Assembly: GCA_964521025.1 (NCBI GenBank) | Contig: CAZFPK010000001.1 | Coordinates: 26,644 to 90,643 of the forward strand | DNA from: an uncultured Candidatus Cloacimonadota bacterium | Lineage (GTDB): Bacteria; Cloacimonadota; Cloacimonadia; Cloacimonadales; TCS61 | DNA length: 64,000 nucleotides | Direction: 5' to 3' | Part shown: positions 54,234 to 63,212 of the stretch, piece by piece | Layout of the letters: each line of letters opens with the position of its first letter | How positions within the stretch are numbered: position 1 is the first letter of the stretch | Translations under genes and position numbers: made by a program | The notes under the pieces: model-generated | The model's input: only the letters and a program-made list of their open reading frames with translations | Databases searched by the model: none | Told to the model about the DNA's origin: nothing

Positions 54234-55438
54234 TTAAAATTCCTTTGAAATCAGCCCGGAATGTAGCCATCAAATCTCAATTTTTGCATCGAAAAAATCC
54301 TTTTCCCAAAGGTAAAGAAGGAACCGCTCAAATAATCGAAAAACTTGGTTATGTTCAGATCGATACGATTTCAGTTGTGGAAAGAGCACATCATCACACT
54401 CTCTGGACAAGAAATCCCAGACATAAAAAAGATTTCCTGAACGAACTGCAGGCAAAAGATAAAAGAATCTTCGAATATTGGGGACATGCCGCTTCATTTC
54501 TGCCGATGGACGATTTTCGCTTTTATCTTCCGATGAAAAAGAATTATCCCGGCAATTCTTCCTGGAACAAAAAAGTATATGAAAAGCATCAGAAATTATT
54601 CGCTCCTATATTAAAAAGGATTAAGGATGAAGGTCCGTTATCATCATTGGATTTCGAACATCCCGAAGTGAAGAACAAAAATGCTTGGTGGGAATGGAAA
54701 CCTTCGAAGGTCGTACTCGAACAACTTCTTTTCAAAGGTGATCTGATGGTCAGGGAAAGACAGAATTTCCGCAAAGTTTATGATCTGACGGAAAGAGTTC
54801 TACCGGAAGATGTTGATACTCGATATCCATCCGAAGATGAGCTTGGAATTTTTTTCGTAAGAAGAGCATTGAACTCTTACGGAATTGCTAAAGAGAAAGA
54901 GATCATCGATCATATCAATGCTGTAAGTAGAAAAACAGTTCGAAAGGGAATTCAATTATTACTTAAAAGAAAGGAAATAACAAAAGTCGAAATTGAAAGA
55001 ATTGAAAATAAAACTTATTATATTTTAACGAATAATTTGAAAAAATTGGATAATCAAACAAATTCAAATCAACTTCATATTCTATCACCTTTCGACAATT
55101 TTGTCATCCAAAGAGAACGTCTTAAAACTCTTTTTGCTTTTGATTATGCTTTGGAATGTTATGTGCCGAAAGTGAAAAGAAAATTCGGATATTTTGCTCT
55201 TCCGATTTTATGGAAAGATAGATTTATCGGGAAAATGGATGTAAAAGCAGATCGGAAAAAGAAAACTCTGATCATCCGGAAACTGGTATTAGAACCGGAT
55301 TTTACGGATTATGAAGAGATACTTCCTGTATTTTCAAATAAGACCAAATCTTTCGCTGGATTTAATAAATGTGAGAAGATTGTTAGCAAGGAAATCGAAC
55401 CGAAAAAGATTGGAAAACTCACCCTGACCCTCTCTTGA
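54230..55438 (+). CDS. Winged-helix DNA glycosylase family protein (YcaQ/AlkZ-like, DUF1006)
   Basis: 402 aa. ..KLGYVQIDTISVVERAHHHTLWTR.. and ..FDYALECYVPKVKRKFGYFALPILWKDRFIGKMDVKADRK.. are family hallmarks. 4-nt overlap with the yjbR-like gene. The last 6 codons lie in a dispersed repeat. Confidence 0.8.
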   Translation: MIKIPLKSARNVAIKSQFLHRKNPFPKGKEGTAQIIEKLGYVQIDTISVVERAHHHTLWTRNPRHKKDFLNELQAKDKRIFEYWGHAASFLPMDDFRFYLPMKKNYPGNSSWNKKVYEKHQKLFAPILKRIKDEGPLSSLDFEHPEVKNKNAWWEWKPSKVVLEQLLFKGDLMVRERQNFRKVYDLTERVLPEDVDTRYPSEDELGIFFVRRALNSYGIAKEKEIIDHINAVSRKTVRKGIQLLLKRKEITKVEIERIENKTYYILTNNLKKLDNQTNSNQLHILSPFDNFVIQRERLKTLFAFDYALECYVPKVKRKFGYFALPILWKDRFIGKMDVKADRKKKTLIIRKLVLEPDFTDYEEILPVFSNKTKSFAGFNKCEKIVSKEIEPKKIGKLTLTLS

Positions 55439-55470
55439 GAAGAGAGGGAAAAATAAGGAAATTATCATTA
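55416..55470. repeat. Dispersed hairpin repeat overlapping a CDS 3' end (pair with 63925..63985)
   Basis: aaactcaccctgaccctctcttgagaagagagggaaaaataaggaaattatcatt vs aaactcaccctaaccctctcttgagaagagagggaataaaaaggaaaatatgtcatt. Contains the 9-bp stem ccctctctt/aagagaggg with the stop TGA in the loop. Confidence 0.85.
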
Positions 55471-55597
55471 GTTTTCCTTTATAAAACTCCCTTCTCCTAA
55501 AATCTCAAAAAGTCCATTTTATCTCCCTTTACCAAAGGGAGAATTAAAGAGGGTTGGAGAAGGGCTAAAGATGAGGTTAAAAAGGAGACAAAAAAAA

Positions 55598-56560
55598 ATG
55601 AAAACAAAAATCATCATTCTTTTACTTTTCGCGGGTATTTTATTAATCAGTTGCTCCAAACCGCAAACCAAATTCGTCACCATTGGAACAGGCGGCGTAA
55701 CGGGAGTTTATTATCCGACTGGAGGTGCGATCAGCAGGATGATCAACAAAAAGTTCGATGAATACCAGATTAAAGCAACTGTAGAATCTACTGCTGGTTC
55801 GGTTTACAATATCAATGCTGTGTTAAGTGGAGACCTGGATTTCGGTATCGCTCAATCGGACCGGCAATATCAAGCATACAACGGACTTGCCGAATGGTCT
55901 GAACAGGGAAAGCAGACAGATTTGAGAGCTGTTTTTTCCATCCATCCGGAATCTATAACTCTCATTGCTTCCAAAAACAGCGGGATCAATACACTTGCTG
56001 ATCTGAAAGGAAAAAGGATAAATTTAGGCAATCCAGGTTCAGGACAATTACAGAACTCCAGAGATGTCATAAAAGCGATCGGTTTAGATGAGAAAGATTT
56101 TAATGCGGAATTCGTGAAAGCGATCGAAGCACCCGGACTTCTGCAGGACGAAAGGATCGATGCTTTCTTTTATACGGTTGGTCATCCCAATGGAAATATC
56201 AAAGAAGCGACTTCCGGACGCATCAAAGTCAGGATCATTCCTATCGTCGGATCTGAAATAAATAAAATGTTAGATGAATTTCCCTATTACGCAAAATCAT
56301 TGATACCGAAAGAGTTTTATCCGAATTCTTTGAACGAAGAAGATATCAAAACGATCGGTGTGAAAGCGACTTTCGTAACTTCTGTTAATGTCGATGAACA
56401 GATCGTTTATGCGATGACGAAAGAAGTTTTTGAAAATCTGGAAGAATTTAAGAAACTACATCCTGCTTACAAAGTTCTAACCAAAGAAAATATGCGGAAA
56501 GGTCTATCTGCGCCGCTGCATGAGGGTGCTTTGAGGTATTTTCAGGAGAAAGAAAGGTAG
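55598..56560 (+). CDS. TAXI-family TRAP transporter solute-binding lipoprotein
   Basis: Start ATG 55598. MKTKIIILLLFAGILLISC lipobox. ..FVTIGTGGVTGVYYPTGGAISRMIN..AGSVYNINAV..GDLDFGIAQSD.. is typical of TAXI receptors. Confidence 0.85.
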   Translation: MKTKIIILLLFAGILLISCSKPQTKFVTIGTGGVTGVYYPTGGAISRMINKKFDEYQIKATVESTAGSVYNINAVLSGDLDFGIAQSDRQYQAYNGLAEWSEQGKQTDLRAVFSIHPESITLIASKNSGINTLADLKGKRINLGNPGSGQLQNSRDVIKAIGLDEKDFNAEFVKAIEAPGLLQDERIDAFFYTVGHPNGNIKEATSGRIKVRIIPIVGSEINKMLDEFPYYAKSLIPKEFYPNSLNEEDIKTIGVKATFVTSVNVDEQIVYAMTKEVFENLEEFKKLHPAYKVLTKENMRKGLSAPLHEGALRYFQEKER

Positions 56561-56609
56561 CACATTTTTGTAAAATGTGGAAAACACATACACAGATTCC
56601 AAACCTCTT

Positions 56610-58139
56610 CTACTCAAACTTCACAGCAGTAACTCGATAAAATCCTTTCATCTCATTATTACCGATGTTCGGATGCACAAAACTCGTATCGGGAATTACA
56701 GTTGAATTCAATCGATTAAAAGTGCCGTTCGCATCGGTACAGAAATAAACATCATAACCATCTATCAATAGATGATTCCCATAAATCGTGGAATTTACCT
56801 GCGACCAATTTAGTTCCGCATCGTTGGTTCCGGTAATTTCTATCTGCAGATCTGCCGGTATTGCAGGTTGGAAATATTCCGTTGAATCTCGATAGATCAG
56901 GATCGAATCCCGATATGTTTCAAATAGAAAAGCAACTTCTGCAACAATCGAATTTTCTCCTACATCTAAAGGGATAAAACCGGTAAAATTTCCATTATTA
57001 ACTGGAAACGGATTTCCATTGATCAAAACCTGCGTGATATTCTGCTCTGTAATTCCATAAATTGCAAGTCCTTCTTTCAAAGTATGAGTAAGATTGGGAG
57101 GAGTTTCGATCAAAACATATTCCGAATTTGAACTTCTTCCGGTAACTTCCGGAACTTCTTCCAATAATGAACCGGGAATTGTTTTCATTTCATACGGATG
57201 ACAATAATCTTTGTAAGTCGAGAGCGGCATGGGAATGGAAGTGAATTCTTCATAAGTGGGTGGAAAATATGCTCCCATCGAAGTCGGATCGAGGAAAAAC
57301 CAGCGATCCTGAAGATAGACGATCGTGGCTGCATGTTGGGAATAACGGAGTTTGTAATCCATGATTTCTGTGGAAACTCTCTCTTTGGAAATTCCGGTGC
57401 GATAGAGTAAAGTCGTCAAAATATAAGACCTGCTGTAACATGTTCCCCAGGGAATGAATCCGTAGATCATAAAAGTTTCCGCTATCAACTGGATGGAGGG
57501 CCAGCCTTCACTCATCAGCAGATCATTAGCATTGTCCCATTCCGGTGAACCGTCATCTGACCGCGCATTATTATCCAGCCAATCCCACACAATGTAACAT
57601 TTTTCCCAGATAAGATAATCGTCTTCTGTCGGAGTTGTTCCTGCATTTATATCGTTCATCAAATAATCGATCGTATCACTTTGAGAATCGATATCAGGAA
57701 ATCCGCTTTCATTTTCCGTAACTGTTCCATCGACTCTAATACAATAATTCCCATTGAAAAGATACTGCCTGTTCCCGCGATTGATCGTCTGAACTGCAAA
57801 TCCGTTGTCAAGTTCATGTATCTCAAAATTAAAATCATCGGAAGGAGTTACAGTTGGAGTCTGCATCTGCATATCTTCCGAAATATAACCGATACAGGAA
57901 ACAATGAGCGTGTAATCATTATCTACCGGAATGCTGTCGATTTGATAATATCCCGAAACATCGGTAGTTCCGGTATATTCCGTTCCATAAGGATGTGAAT
58001 AGGAATTTCCAATCGTAATTTCCGCATTATAAATTGGCAAACCGGTATCGTCATGATAGATATACCCGGAGAAATAATCTGCGGAAATGTTGTGAAAACA
58101 AATGATAAAAAATGTTGATAAGAAAAAAGTAATTTTCAT
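56610..58139 (-). CDS. Secreted transglutaminase-like (Cys-His-Asp core) protein with N-terminal carboxypeptidase-regulatory-like domain
   Basis: 509 aa, signal peptide. ..GYIYHDDTGLPIYNAEITIGN.. (CarbopepD_reg-like). Core ..PWGTCYSRSYILTTLLYRTGIS..SQHAATIVYLQDRWFFLDPT.. C-terminal Ig/FN3-like region. Confidence 0.65.
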   Translation of the reverse strand: MKITFFLSTFFIICFHNISADYFSGYIYHDDTGLPIYNAEITIGNSYSHPYGTEYTGTTDVSGYYQIDSIPVDNDYTLIVSCIGYISEDMQMQTPTVTPSDDFNFEIHELDNGFAVQTINRGNRQYLFNGNYCIRVDGTVTENESGFPDIDSQSDTIDYLMNDINAGTTPTEDDYLIWEKCYIVWDWLDNNARSDDGSPEWDNANDLLMSEGWPSIQLIAETFMIYGFIPWGTCYSRSYILTTLLYRTGISKERVSTEIMDYKLRYSQHAATIVYLQDRWFFLDPTSMGAYFPPTYEEFTSIPMPLSTYKDYCHPYEMKTIPGSLLEEVPEVTGRSSNSEYVLIETPPNLTHTLKEGLAIYGITEQNITQVLINGNPFPVNNGNFTGFIPLDVGENSIVAEVAFLFETYRDSILIYRDSTEYFQPAIPADLQIEITGTNDAELNWSQVNSTIYGNHLLIDGYDVYFCTDANGTFNRLNSTVIPDTSFVHPNIGNNEMKGFYRVTAVKFE

Positions 58140-58390
58140 GTTCGACCTCCAATTTTAATGTATTTACTTATGCAATTAGAAGTCCAGAAAATTGTTTTTT
58201 CTAAAATTGAAATATAGAGGCTCAGATGTGTTTATATATGCTTTTTGGAATATAAAAAGAGATGATAAAAAGTAATAAAATGTTACACTGTAATGAATTG
58301 TTCTGTTTTTCATTACTTTTCAATAGTCTTCGGGGATGAATTATTAATCTGTTGATCAATGAAAGATTCAGATGTTTCTCTTTTTAAATC

Positions 58391-58463
58391 TCATTCAAAT
58401 GAATTCCATTCTTCCAGAGATATTCTACCTTGTCGTAAAATCTCTTATAGTAACAGGTTTCAT
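58391..58463 (-). pseudogene. hicA-type toxin remnant (internal deletion/frameshift)
   Basis: Its ATG overlaps the hicB-like stop (ATGA). MKPVTIRDFTTR* in frame. The adjacent frame from the same spot reads ILRQGRISLEEWNSFE*. This is a HicA-like N-terminus (MKP.K.RE) fused to a HicA-like C-terminus (ILRQ..IS.EE) with the core missing. Confidence 0.4.
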
Positions 58464-58705
58464 ATATTTACTACTTTTTGGAAATGATTATGATTCTGAT
58501 CTAATTCAGGAATGTTATCTCCATCCTTAATTTTCAATAAAATCCATTCCTCTAGAACTTCCACTAATTCTTTCCGGCAAATTTCAACCGTTTCACTGTT
58601 AGCCCAAACACCTTCGAATCCATCGATCTCAGCAAACCAGCTTTGATCATCGAGTTGTTTATATTTTGCTTTTTCAAGTGCTTTATTAATATATTCGAAC
58701 AACAT
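58460..58705 (-). CDS. HicB-like antitoxin (UPF0150/HicB_lk family)
   Basis: Start ATG 58705 (GGAGGG SD). MLFEYINKALEKAKYKQLDDQSWFAEIDGFEGVWANSETVEICRKELVEVLEEWILLKIKDG.. matches the HicB-like pattern (..G.Y.AEIPGF.GVWA...T.E.CR.EL.EVLE.W..). Confidence 0.65.
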   Translation of the reverse strand: MLFEYINKALEKAKYKQLDDQSWFAEIDGFEGVWANSETVEICRKELVEVLEEWILLKIKDGDNIPELDQNHNHFQKVVNI

Positions 58706-58899
58706 TGTCCCTCCTTGTTTGCTCAAAATCTATGTTTCAAAAATCCATAGAATTAAATGAAGTCAAATATTTTTTCGTTTTTTTTGGAAAATTAAGATCG
58801 TTTATAAACAAATATTCAAAATTTCATCGAATAAAAATGGATGATACATAAAAGTTTGATTGACAAGTAATCACTCTCAAATATTCAAACCATGAATCT

Positions 58900-60858
58900 A
58901 TGAAAGAAAAAAACAGAAAAATCATATATTTGCTGGCAGTTCTTTGGGCATTGTTCCAACTTGCTCTTCCTAAATTCATCATTTTGGACAGTCTTGTGAT
59001 CAGATCAATACATCTTGCCTTTGCAGTTTGCCTGGTTTTCCTGTCTGTGCCAATCTTCAAACGCAAAGGAGAGATCGATTATAAAAAAGACAAAATCCCG
59101 TTTTATGATTACATTTTAGGAATTATCGGAATTTTGGCGGTTTTGTATATTGTTCTGGATTGGACAGGAATTTCCATGCGTGCCGGCAGACCAATTTTAA
59201 GAGATATTTTTATCAGTGTGATTTTAATTTTATTAATTCTGGAATCTGCTCGCCGGATAATCGGTCCAGCCCTTTCCATCATCGCAGTTCTTTTCACGAT
59301 CTATGCTTTTCTTGGACCTTATATGCCTTCCATCTTCGCTTTCAAAGGAGTTTCGCTGACTAAATACATCAGCCAGATCGCACTTTCGACGGAAGGAATT
59401 TACGGCATTCCGCTCGATGTATCAGCAAATACTGTTTTCCTCTTCGTCTTATTGGGATCGATGCTGGAAAAAGTCGGAGCCGGATATTTCTTCAATGATC
59501 TGGCAATTTCTCTATTAGGAAAATACAAAGGCGGACCGGCAAAAGCAGCGGTCGTTTCCAGCGGTTTGACCGGACTCGTTTCCGGATCGAGTATCGCCAA
59601 TGTTGTTACAACCGGAACTTTCACGATCCCGTTGATGAAAAAAGTCGGTTATCCGGGAAAGATCGCAGCTGCGACAGAAGTTGCAGCCAGCACGAACGGA
59701 CAATTAATGCCGCCGATCATGGGAGCTGCGGCATTCATTATTGCGGAATATTTGGGAATTTCATATTTAGAAGTTGTGAAAGCAGCAGCAGTTCCGGCGA
59801 TTGTTTCCTATTTTGCTTTGTTTTATATTACACACCTGGAAGCATCTAAACTGGGAATGAAAGGACTTCCCAAACCGGATATTCCAAGATTTCTGGAAGT
59901 TTTGAAAAAAGGATTTCATTTCCTGATCCCGCTCCTTATCTTGATCTATGAATTGATCATTGTGCGTCATACTCCAAAACTCGCAGCTTTTAATGCCATT
60001 ATTTCTCTGATCATCATTTTCATCTTGAAAGAGATGATCGGTGCTTTCCAACAAAATAGAAATGTATTAAAAGCATTCTTGAATTCTCTAAAAAAATTGT
60101 TGGATGGAATGCAGTCCGGATCAAAAAATATGCTTTCCGTTGCGCTGGCGACTGCAACCGCGGGAATAGTTGTCGGCATCGTTACGATGGGAATCGGCAG
60201 TATGATCGTGCAGATCGTGGAAGTCATTTCCGGTGGAAATATTTTCCTGCTCCTCGTTATTACTGCGATTGCCAGTTTAATTCTGGGAATGGGATTACCA
60301 ACTACCGCAACTTACATTGTCATGGCTTCCATCACTGTTCCGGTGATCATCAAATTAAGTGCGATCCATTCCATCAACCCGATCCCGGCAATTTCCGCTC
60401 ATCTTTTCTGTTTCTATTTCGGGATCCTGGCGGATGATACTCCACCGGTCGGACTTGCTGCTTACACTGCTGCTGCGATAGCCAAATCCGATCCCATCAA
60501 AACAGGAATTCAAGGTTTTATTTATGATCTGCGGACTGCTGTGATTCCCTTTATGTTCGTATTTAATCCCGAACTGGTTTTATATCAAATCACGAATATT
60601 TTCCAGATATTGCTCATTTTCGGGATGGCAGTTATCGGTGCGTTTGCTTTTACGAATGCAGTTCAGGGCTGGTTCATCATCAAAAACAAATGGTATGAAA
60701 TCCCCTTCTTTCTGATTTCGTCTTTGATCCTTTTTTATCCATCAGTCCTGACGAAAATATTTCATCTCGATCCGAATTTGCGGTATTATATGTATTTTAT
60801 TGGACTGATTTTGTATGGTTTTGTTTTTGGGATGCAAAAGATTAGGAGAAATAGTTGA
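58900..60858 (+). CDS. TRAP transporter fused permease (TAXI-associated 4TM/12TM DctQM fusion)
   Basis: 652 aa, more than 16 TM. ..AVVSSGLTGLVSGSSIANVVTTGTFTIPLMKKVGY..AATEVAASTNGQLMPPIMGAAAFI.. are hallmark TRAP large-permease segments. Confidence 0.85.
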   Translation: MKEKNRKIIYLLAVLWALFQLALPKFIILDSLVIRSIHLAFAVCLVFLSVPIFKRKGEIDYKKDKIPFYDYILGIIGILAVLYIVLDWTGISMRAGRPILRDIFISVILILLILESARRIIGPALSIIAVLFTIYAFLGPYMPSIFAFKGVSLTKYISQIALSTEGIYGIPLDVSANTVFLFVLLGSMLEKVGAGYFFNDLAISLLGKYKGGPAKAAVVSSGLTGLVSGSSIANVVTTGTFTIPLMKKVGYPGKIAAATEVAASTNGQLMPPIMGAAAFIIAEYLGISYLEVVKAAAVPAIVSYFALFYITHLEASKLGMKGLPKPDIPRFLEVLKKGFHFLIPLLILIYELIIVRHTPKLAAFNAIISLIIIFILKEMIGAFQQNRNVLKAFLNSLKKLLDGMQSGSKNMLSVALATATAGIVVGIVTMGIGSMIVQIVEVISGGNIFLLLVITAIASLILGMGLPTTATYIVMASITVPVIIKLSAIHSINPIPAISAHLFCFYFGILADDTPPVGLAAYTAAAIAKSDPIKTGIQGFIYDLRTAVIPFMFVFNPELVLYQITNIFQILLIFGMAVIGAFAFTNAVQGWFIIKNKWYEIPFFLISSLILFYPSVLTKIFHLDPNLRYYMYFIGLILYGFVFGMQKIRRNS

Positions 60859-60971
60859 ATTGGTAGAATTTGGGAAAGAGGAAACTTGTGAAGTTTTTAA
60901 AACTTAACAAGTTTTCCGGATTTGCTTTTTAACCATGATGAACTCGTAAAAAGTCAAATATTTACGAGAAC

Positions 60972-61046
60972 TGTCATCTTGAGCGTAGTCGAAAGATCAA
61001 TAGTACCAACATTTTATGAGATTCTTTGACTACGCTCAGAATGACA
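60972..61046. repeat. Palindromic element of the GTCATYCTGAGCGTAGTCGAAAGA family
   Basis: tgtcatcttgagcgtagtcgaaaga ..25 nt.. ttctttgactacgctcagaatgaca (imperfect 25-nt inverted arms). Related arms at 20581-20710 and a partial gtcattctgag at 63976-63986. Confidence 0.8.
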
Positions 61047-61105
61047 TAAAATGACTTTTTACGAAACCATCAATCATAAAAAAAAACTTCACAAATTTTG
61101 GAAAT

Positions 61106-61169
61106 TTGGTAAGTTTTCGTAATACAAGATTCCGATCTTGATATTTTTTCTCAAAGCAGGAGCTTTGAG
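61106..61169 (+). promoter_or_regulatory. Conserved promoter/5'-leader module, copy 1 (two hairpins) upstream of 61186..61680
   Basis: ttggtaagttttcgtaatacaagattccgatcttgatattttttctcaaagcaggagctttgag. Hairpins caagat-tccg-atcttg and ctcaaagc-agga-gctttgag. Near-identical to 61770..61837. Confidence 0.5.
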
Positions 61170-61185
61170 TTATATTGGAGTTAAC

Positions 61186-61680
61186 ATGACATCACACGAA
61201 GAATGGCTGGAAGAAATAACAAACCAGATAAACAGGCATAAATCAAATTTCTCCGAAAATGAGATCAAAAAATATAAACTGGATCATGTTCTGAACCTTT
61301 CTGAAAAAATCGCAGAAAATTCGGAAAATTGTGTGGACTGCATTGGATTTCAGCAGGAAATTTTAGGAATTGTGGATGATGTCGGATATTTTACGAAAAA
61401 GATGACAGAAGTAAAAGTTCCGGCGGAAGTTAAAAGGAATTATTTCAAAGTTATCGACAAGATTTCCCGGCATTTGAGTCAAAAACATTCATTCTTAAAA
61501 AATGATTCAAAGTCAGAATCAAAGACCGAATCCACTCCCAAAAAGATAAATCAATATATCGGGACAGGAATTGCAATTGGAGTGATCATCGGGATCGTCA
61601 TTGACAATATCGGTTTGGGAATCGCAATTGGAGTCGCTCTGGGAGCGATTGCACAAAAATATCGGAAAGTTGAGAAATAA
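61186..61680 (+). CDS. Hypothetical protein with C-terminal glycine-zipper membrane segment
   Basis: Start ATG 61186 (TTGGAG SD); the track's TTG 61138 lies in the repeat module. ..YIGTGIAIGVIIGIVIDNIGLGIAIGVALGAIAQKYRK (GxxxG zipper). C-x2-C (CVDC) in the soluble part. Confidence 0.55.
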   Translation: MTSHEEWLEEITNQINRHKSNFSENEIKKYKLDHVLNLSEKIAENSENCVDCIGFQQEILGIVDDVGYFTKKMTEVKVPAEVKRNYFKVIDKISRHLSQKHSFLKNDSKSESKTESTPKKINQYIGTGIAIGVIIGIVIDNIGLGIAIGVALGAIAQKYRKVEK

Positions 61681-61769
61681 TAAAAAAAACTTGTGAAGTT
61701 TTTGACACTTAACAAGTTTTTTGGGATGTAATCTGAGCAAAAAAACTTCAAAATCCGGCAGCTGACGGA

Positions 61770-61837
61770 TTGGTAAGTTTTTTTGTAAAAACAAGATTCC
61801 GATCTTGTTATCTTTGTCTCAAAGCAGGAGCTTTGAG
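61770..61837 (+). promoter_or_regulatory. Conserved promoter/5'-leader module, copy 2, upstream of the serpin gene
   Basis: ttggtaagtttttttgtaaaaacaagattccgatcttgttatctttgtctcaaagcaggagctttgag. Contains a TAtcTTTG (TAnnTTTG-like) box and the same two hairpins. Confidence 0.5.
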
Positions 61838-61876
61838 TTACAATCAAATTGATATACAAAAAAAACGGAGGATAAT

Positions 61877-63097
61877 ATGTTCAAAAAACAAAAAAAAATA
61901 GTGGGGATCATTGTTACTTTGCTGGTTTTTTCCAACCTTTTCTCATTCAGCAAAAAGCAGGAAGAAGTTCCCGAGATCTCGCTCGATACTTTCAGTGAAT
62001 CCAACAACAAATTCGGATTCAAAGTATTCCGGGAGATCGTCAAAGAGCAAACCGCGGAGAATATTTTCATCTCGCCGATGAGCATTTCTTATGCTTTGGG
62101 AATGACATTTAACGGAGCAGAAGGCAAAACCAAACAGGAGATGGCAAATACTCTCGAATTCGGCAACCTGACCGACTCAGAAATTAATGCATCTTTCAAA
62201 GCATTGATGAAAAAATTAATGGAACTCGATCCGCAGGTCATCATGAATATTGCTAATTCTATCTGGTATCGCGAAGGTGTCGATGTCCTCAAGAAATTCA
62301 AAATGATCAACCAGTCATATTTCCAGGCGGAGATCAGGAATATGGATTTTGCTGATCCGCAAACCAAAAATATCATCAACAACTGGGTGAATGAAAAAAC
62401 GAACGGCAAGATCGAGAAAGTCATCGATGAGATCGATGCTCTTTCCATGATGTATCTCATCAATGCTATTTATTTCAAGGGTTCGTGGACGGAAGCATTC
62501 AAAAAAGAGAGAACGAGGGAAGATAAATTCTTTTATGCGGAAGGAAAATCCGTTCTTTGCGAGATGATGAAAACTTCCGAAAAAAATCTCTATTTTGAGA
62601 ACAAAGATTTCCAGGCTGTGGAACTTCCTTACGGTAAAGAAAATTTCAGTATGGTCGTTATTCTTCCAAAAAAAGAGAAGGATATCAACAAGTTCATCTC
62701 CAACTTGAATTTAGAAGATTGGAATGCCTGGCTGTCCGGTTTTTCCAAACAGAAGGGAACTCTTGTTCTTCCCAAATTTAAAATCGAATACGATATCGAA
62801 ATGAACGATGTTCTTACATCTCTCGGAATGCCGGAAGCCTTTACTTCTGCTGCCGATTTCAGTAAAATGACTAAAAAGCAGAAACTTTACATCAGTAATG
62901 TTAAGCACAAGACTTTTGTCGATGTGAACGAAGAAGGAACAGAAGCCGCTGCGGTTACGGTTGTGGAAATGAAACTGACTTATACAGGTCCCGGTTTTTT
63001 TATGAAGGTCAACCGTCCTTTCGTGTTTGCGATCAAAGAAAAAGAAACAAATTCGATTATTTTTATCGGGAAAATTGCGAATCCGAAACCGAAGTAA
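61877..63097 (+). CDS. Serpin-family protease inhibitor (exported)
   Basis: 406 aa. N-terminal signal-like IVGIIVTLLVFSNLFSF. Hinge/RCL ..VNEEGTEAAAVTVVEMKL.. Serpin signature ..VNRPFVFAIKEKETNSIIFIGKIANP. Confidence 0.9.
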   Translation: MFKKQKKIVGIIVTLLVFSNLFSFSKKQEEVPEISLDTFSESNNKFGFKVFREIVKEQTAENIFISPMSISYALGMTFNGAEGKTKQEMANTLEFGNLTDSEINASFKALMKKLMELDPQVIMNIANSIWYREGVDVLKKFKMINQSYFQAEIRNMDFADPQTKNIINNWVNEKTNGKIEKVIDEIDALSMMYLINAIYFKGSWTEAFKKERTREDKFFYAEGKSVLCEMMKTSEKNLYFENKDFQAVELPYGKENFSMVVILPKKEKDINKFISNLNLEDWNAWLSGFSKQKGTLVLPKFKIEYDIEMNDVLTSLGMPEAFTSAADFSKMTKKQKLYISNVKHKTFVDVNEEGTEAAAVTVVEMKLTYTGPGFFMKVNRPFVFAIKEKETNSIIFIGKIANPKPK

Positions 63098-63212
63098 CTC
63101 ATCCTGCTGTCCTTCTCTTTACAGAAGAAAATCAGAAAGAATTTCAAAAGAGAAGGACATAAGAAAAGCAGGAAGAAAACTGAAATAGTTGAACCGGTTG
63201 AATTTAGAAAAA

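Noticed and set aside
61519-62085. Minus-strand ORFs 61519..61794, 61551..61859 and 61819..62085.
   Set aside because: They are antisense to the glycine-zipper gene, the duplicated leader module and the serpin 5' end. The Gly-zipper antisense reading gives the spurious Pro/Ile-rich text.
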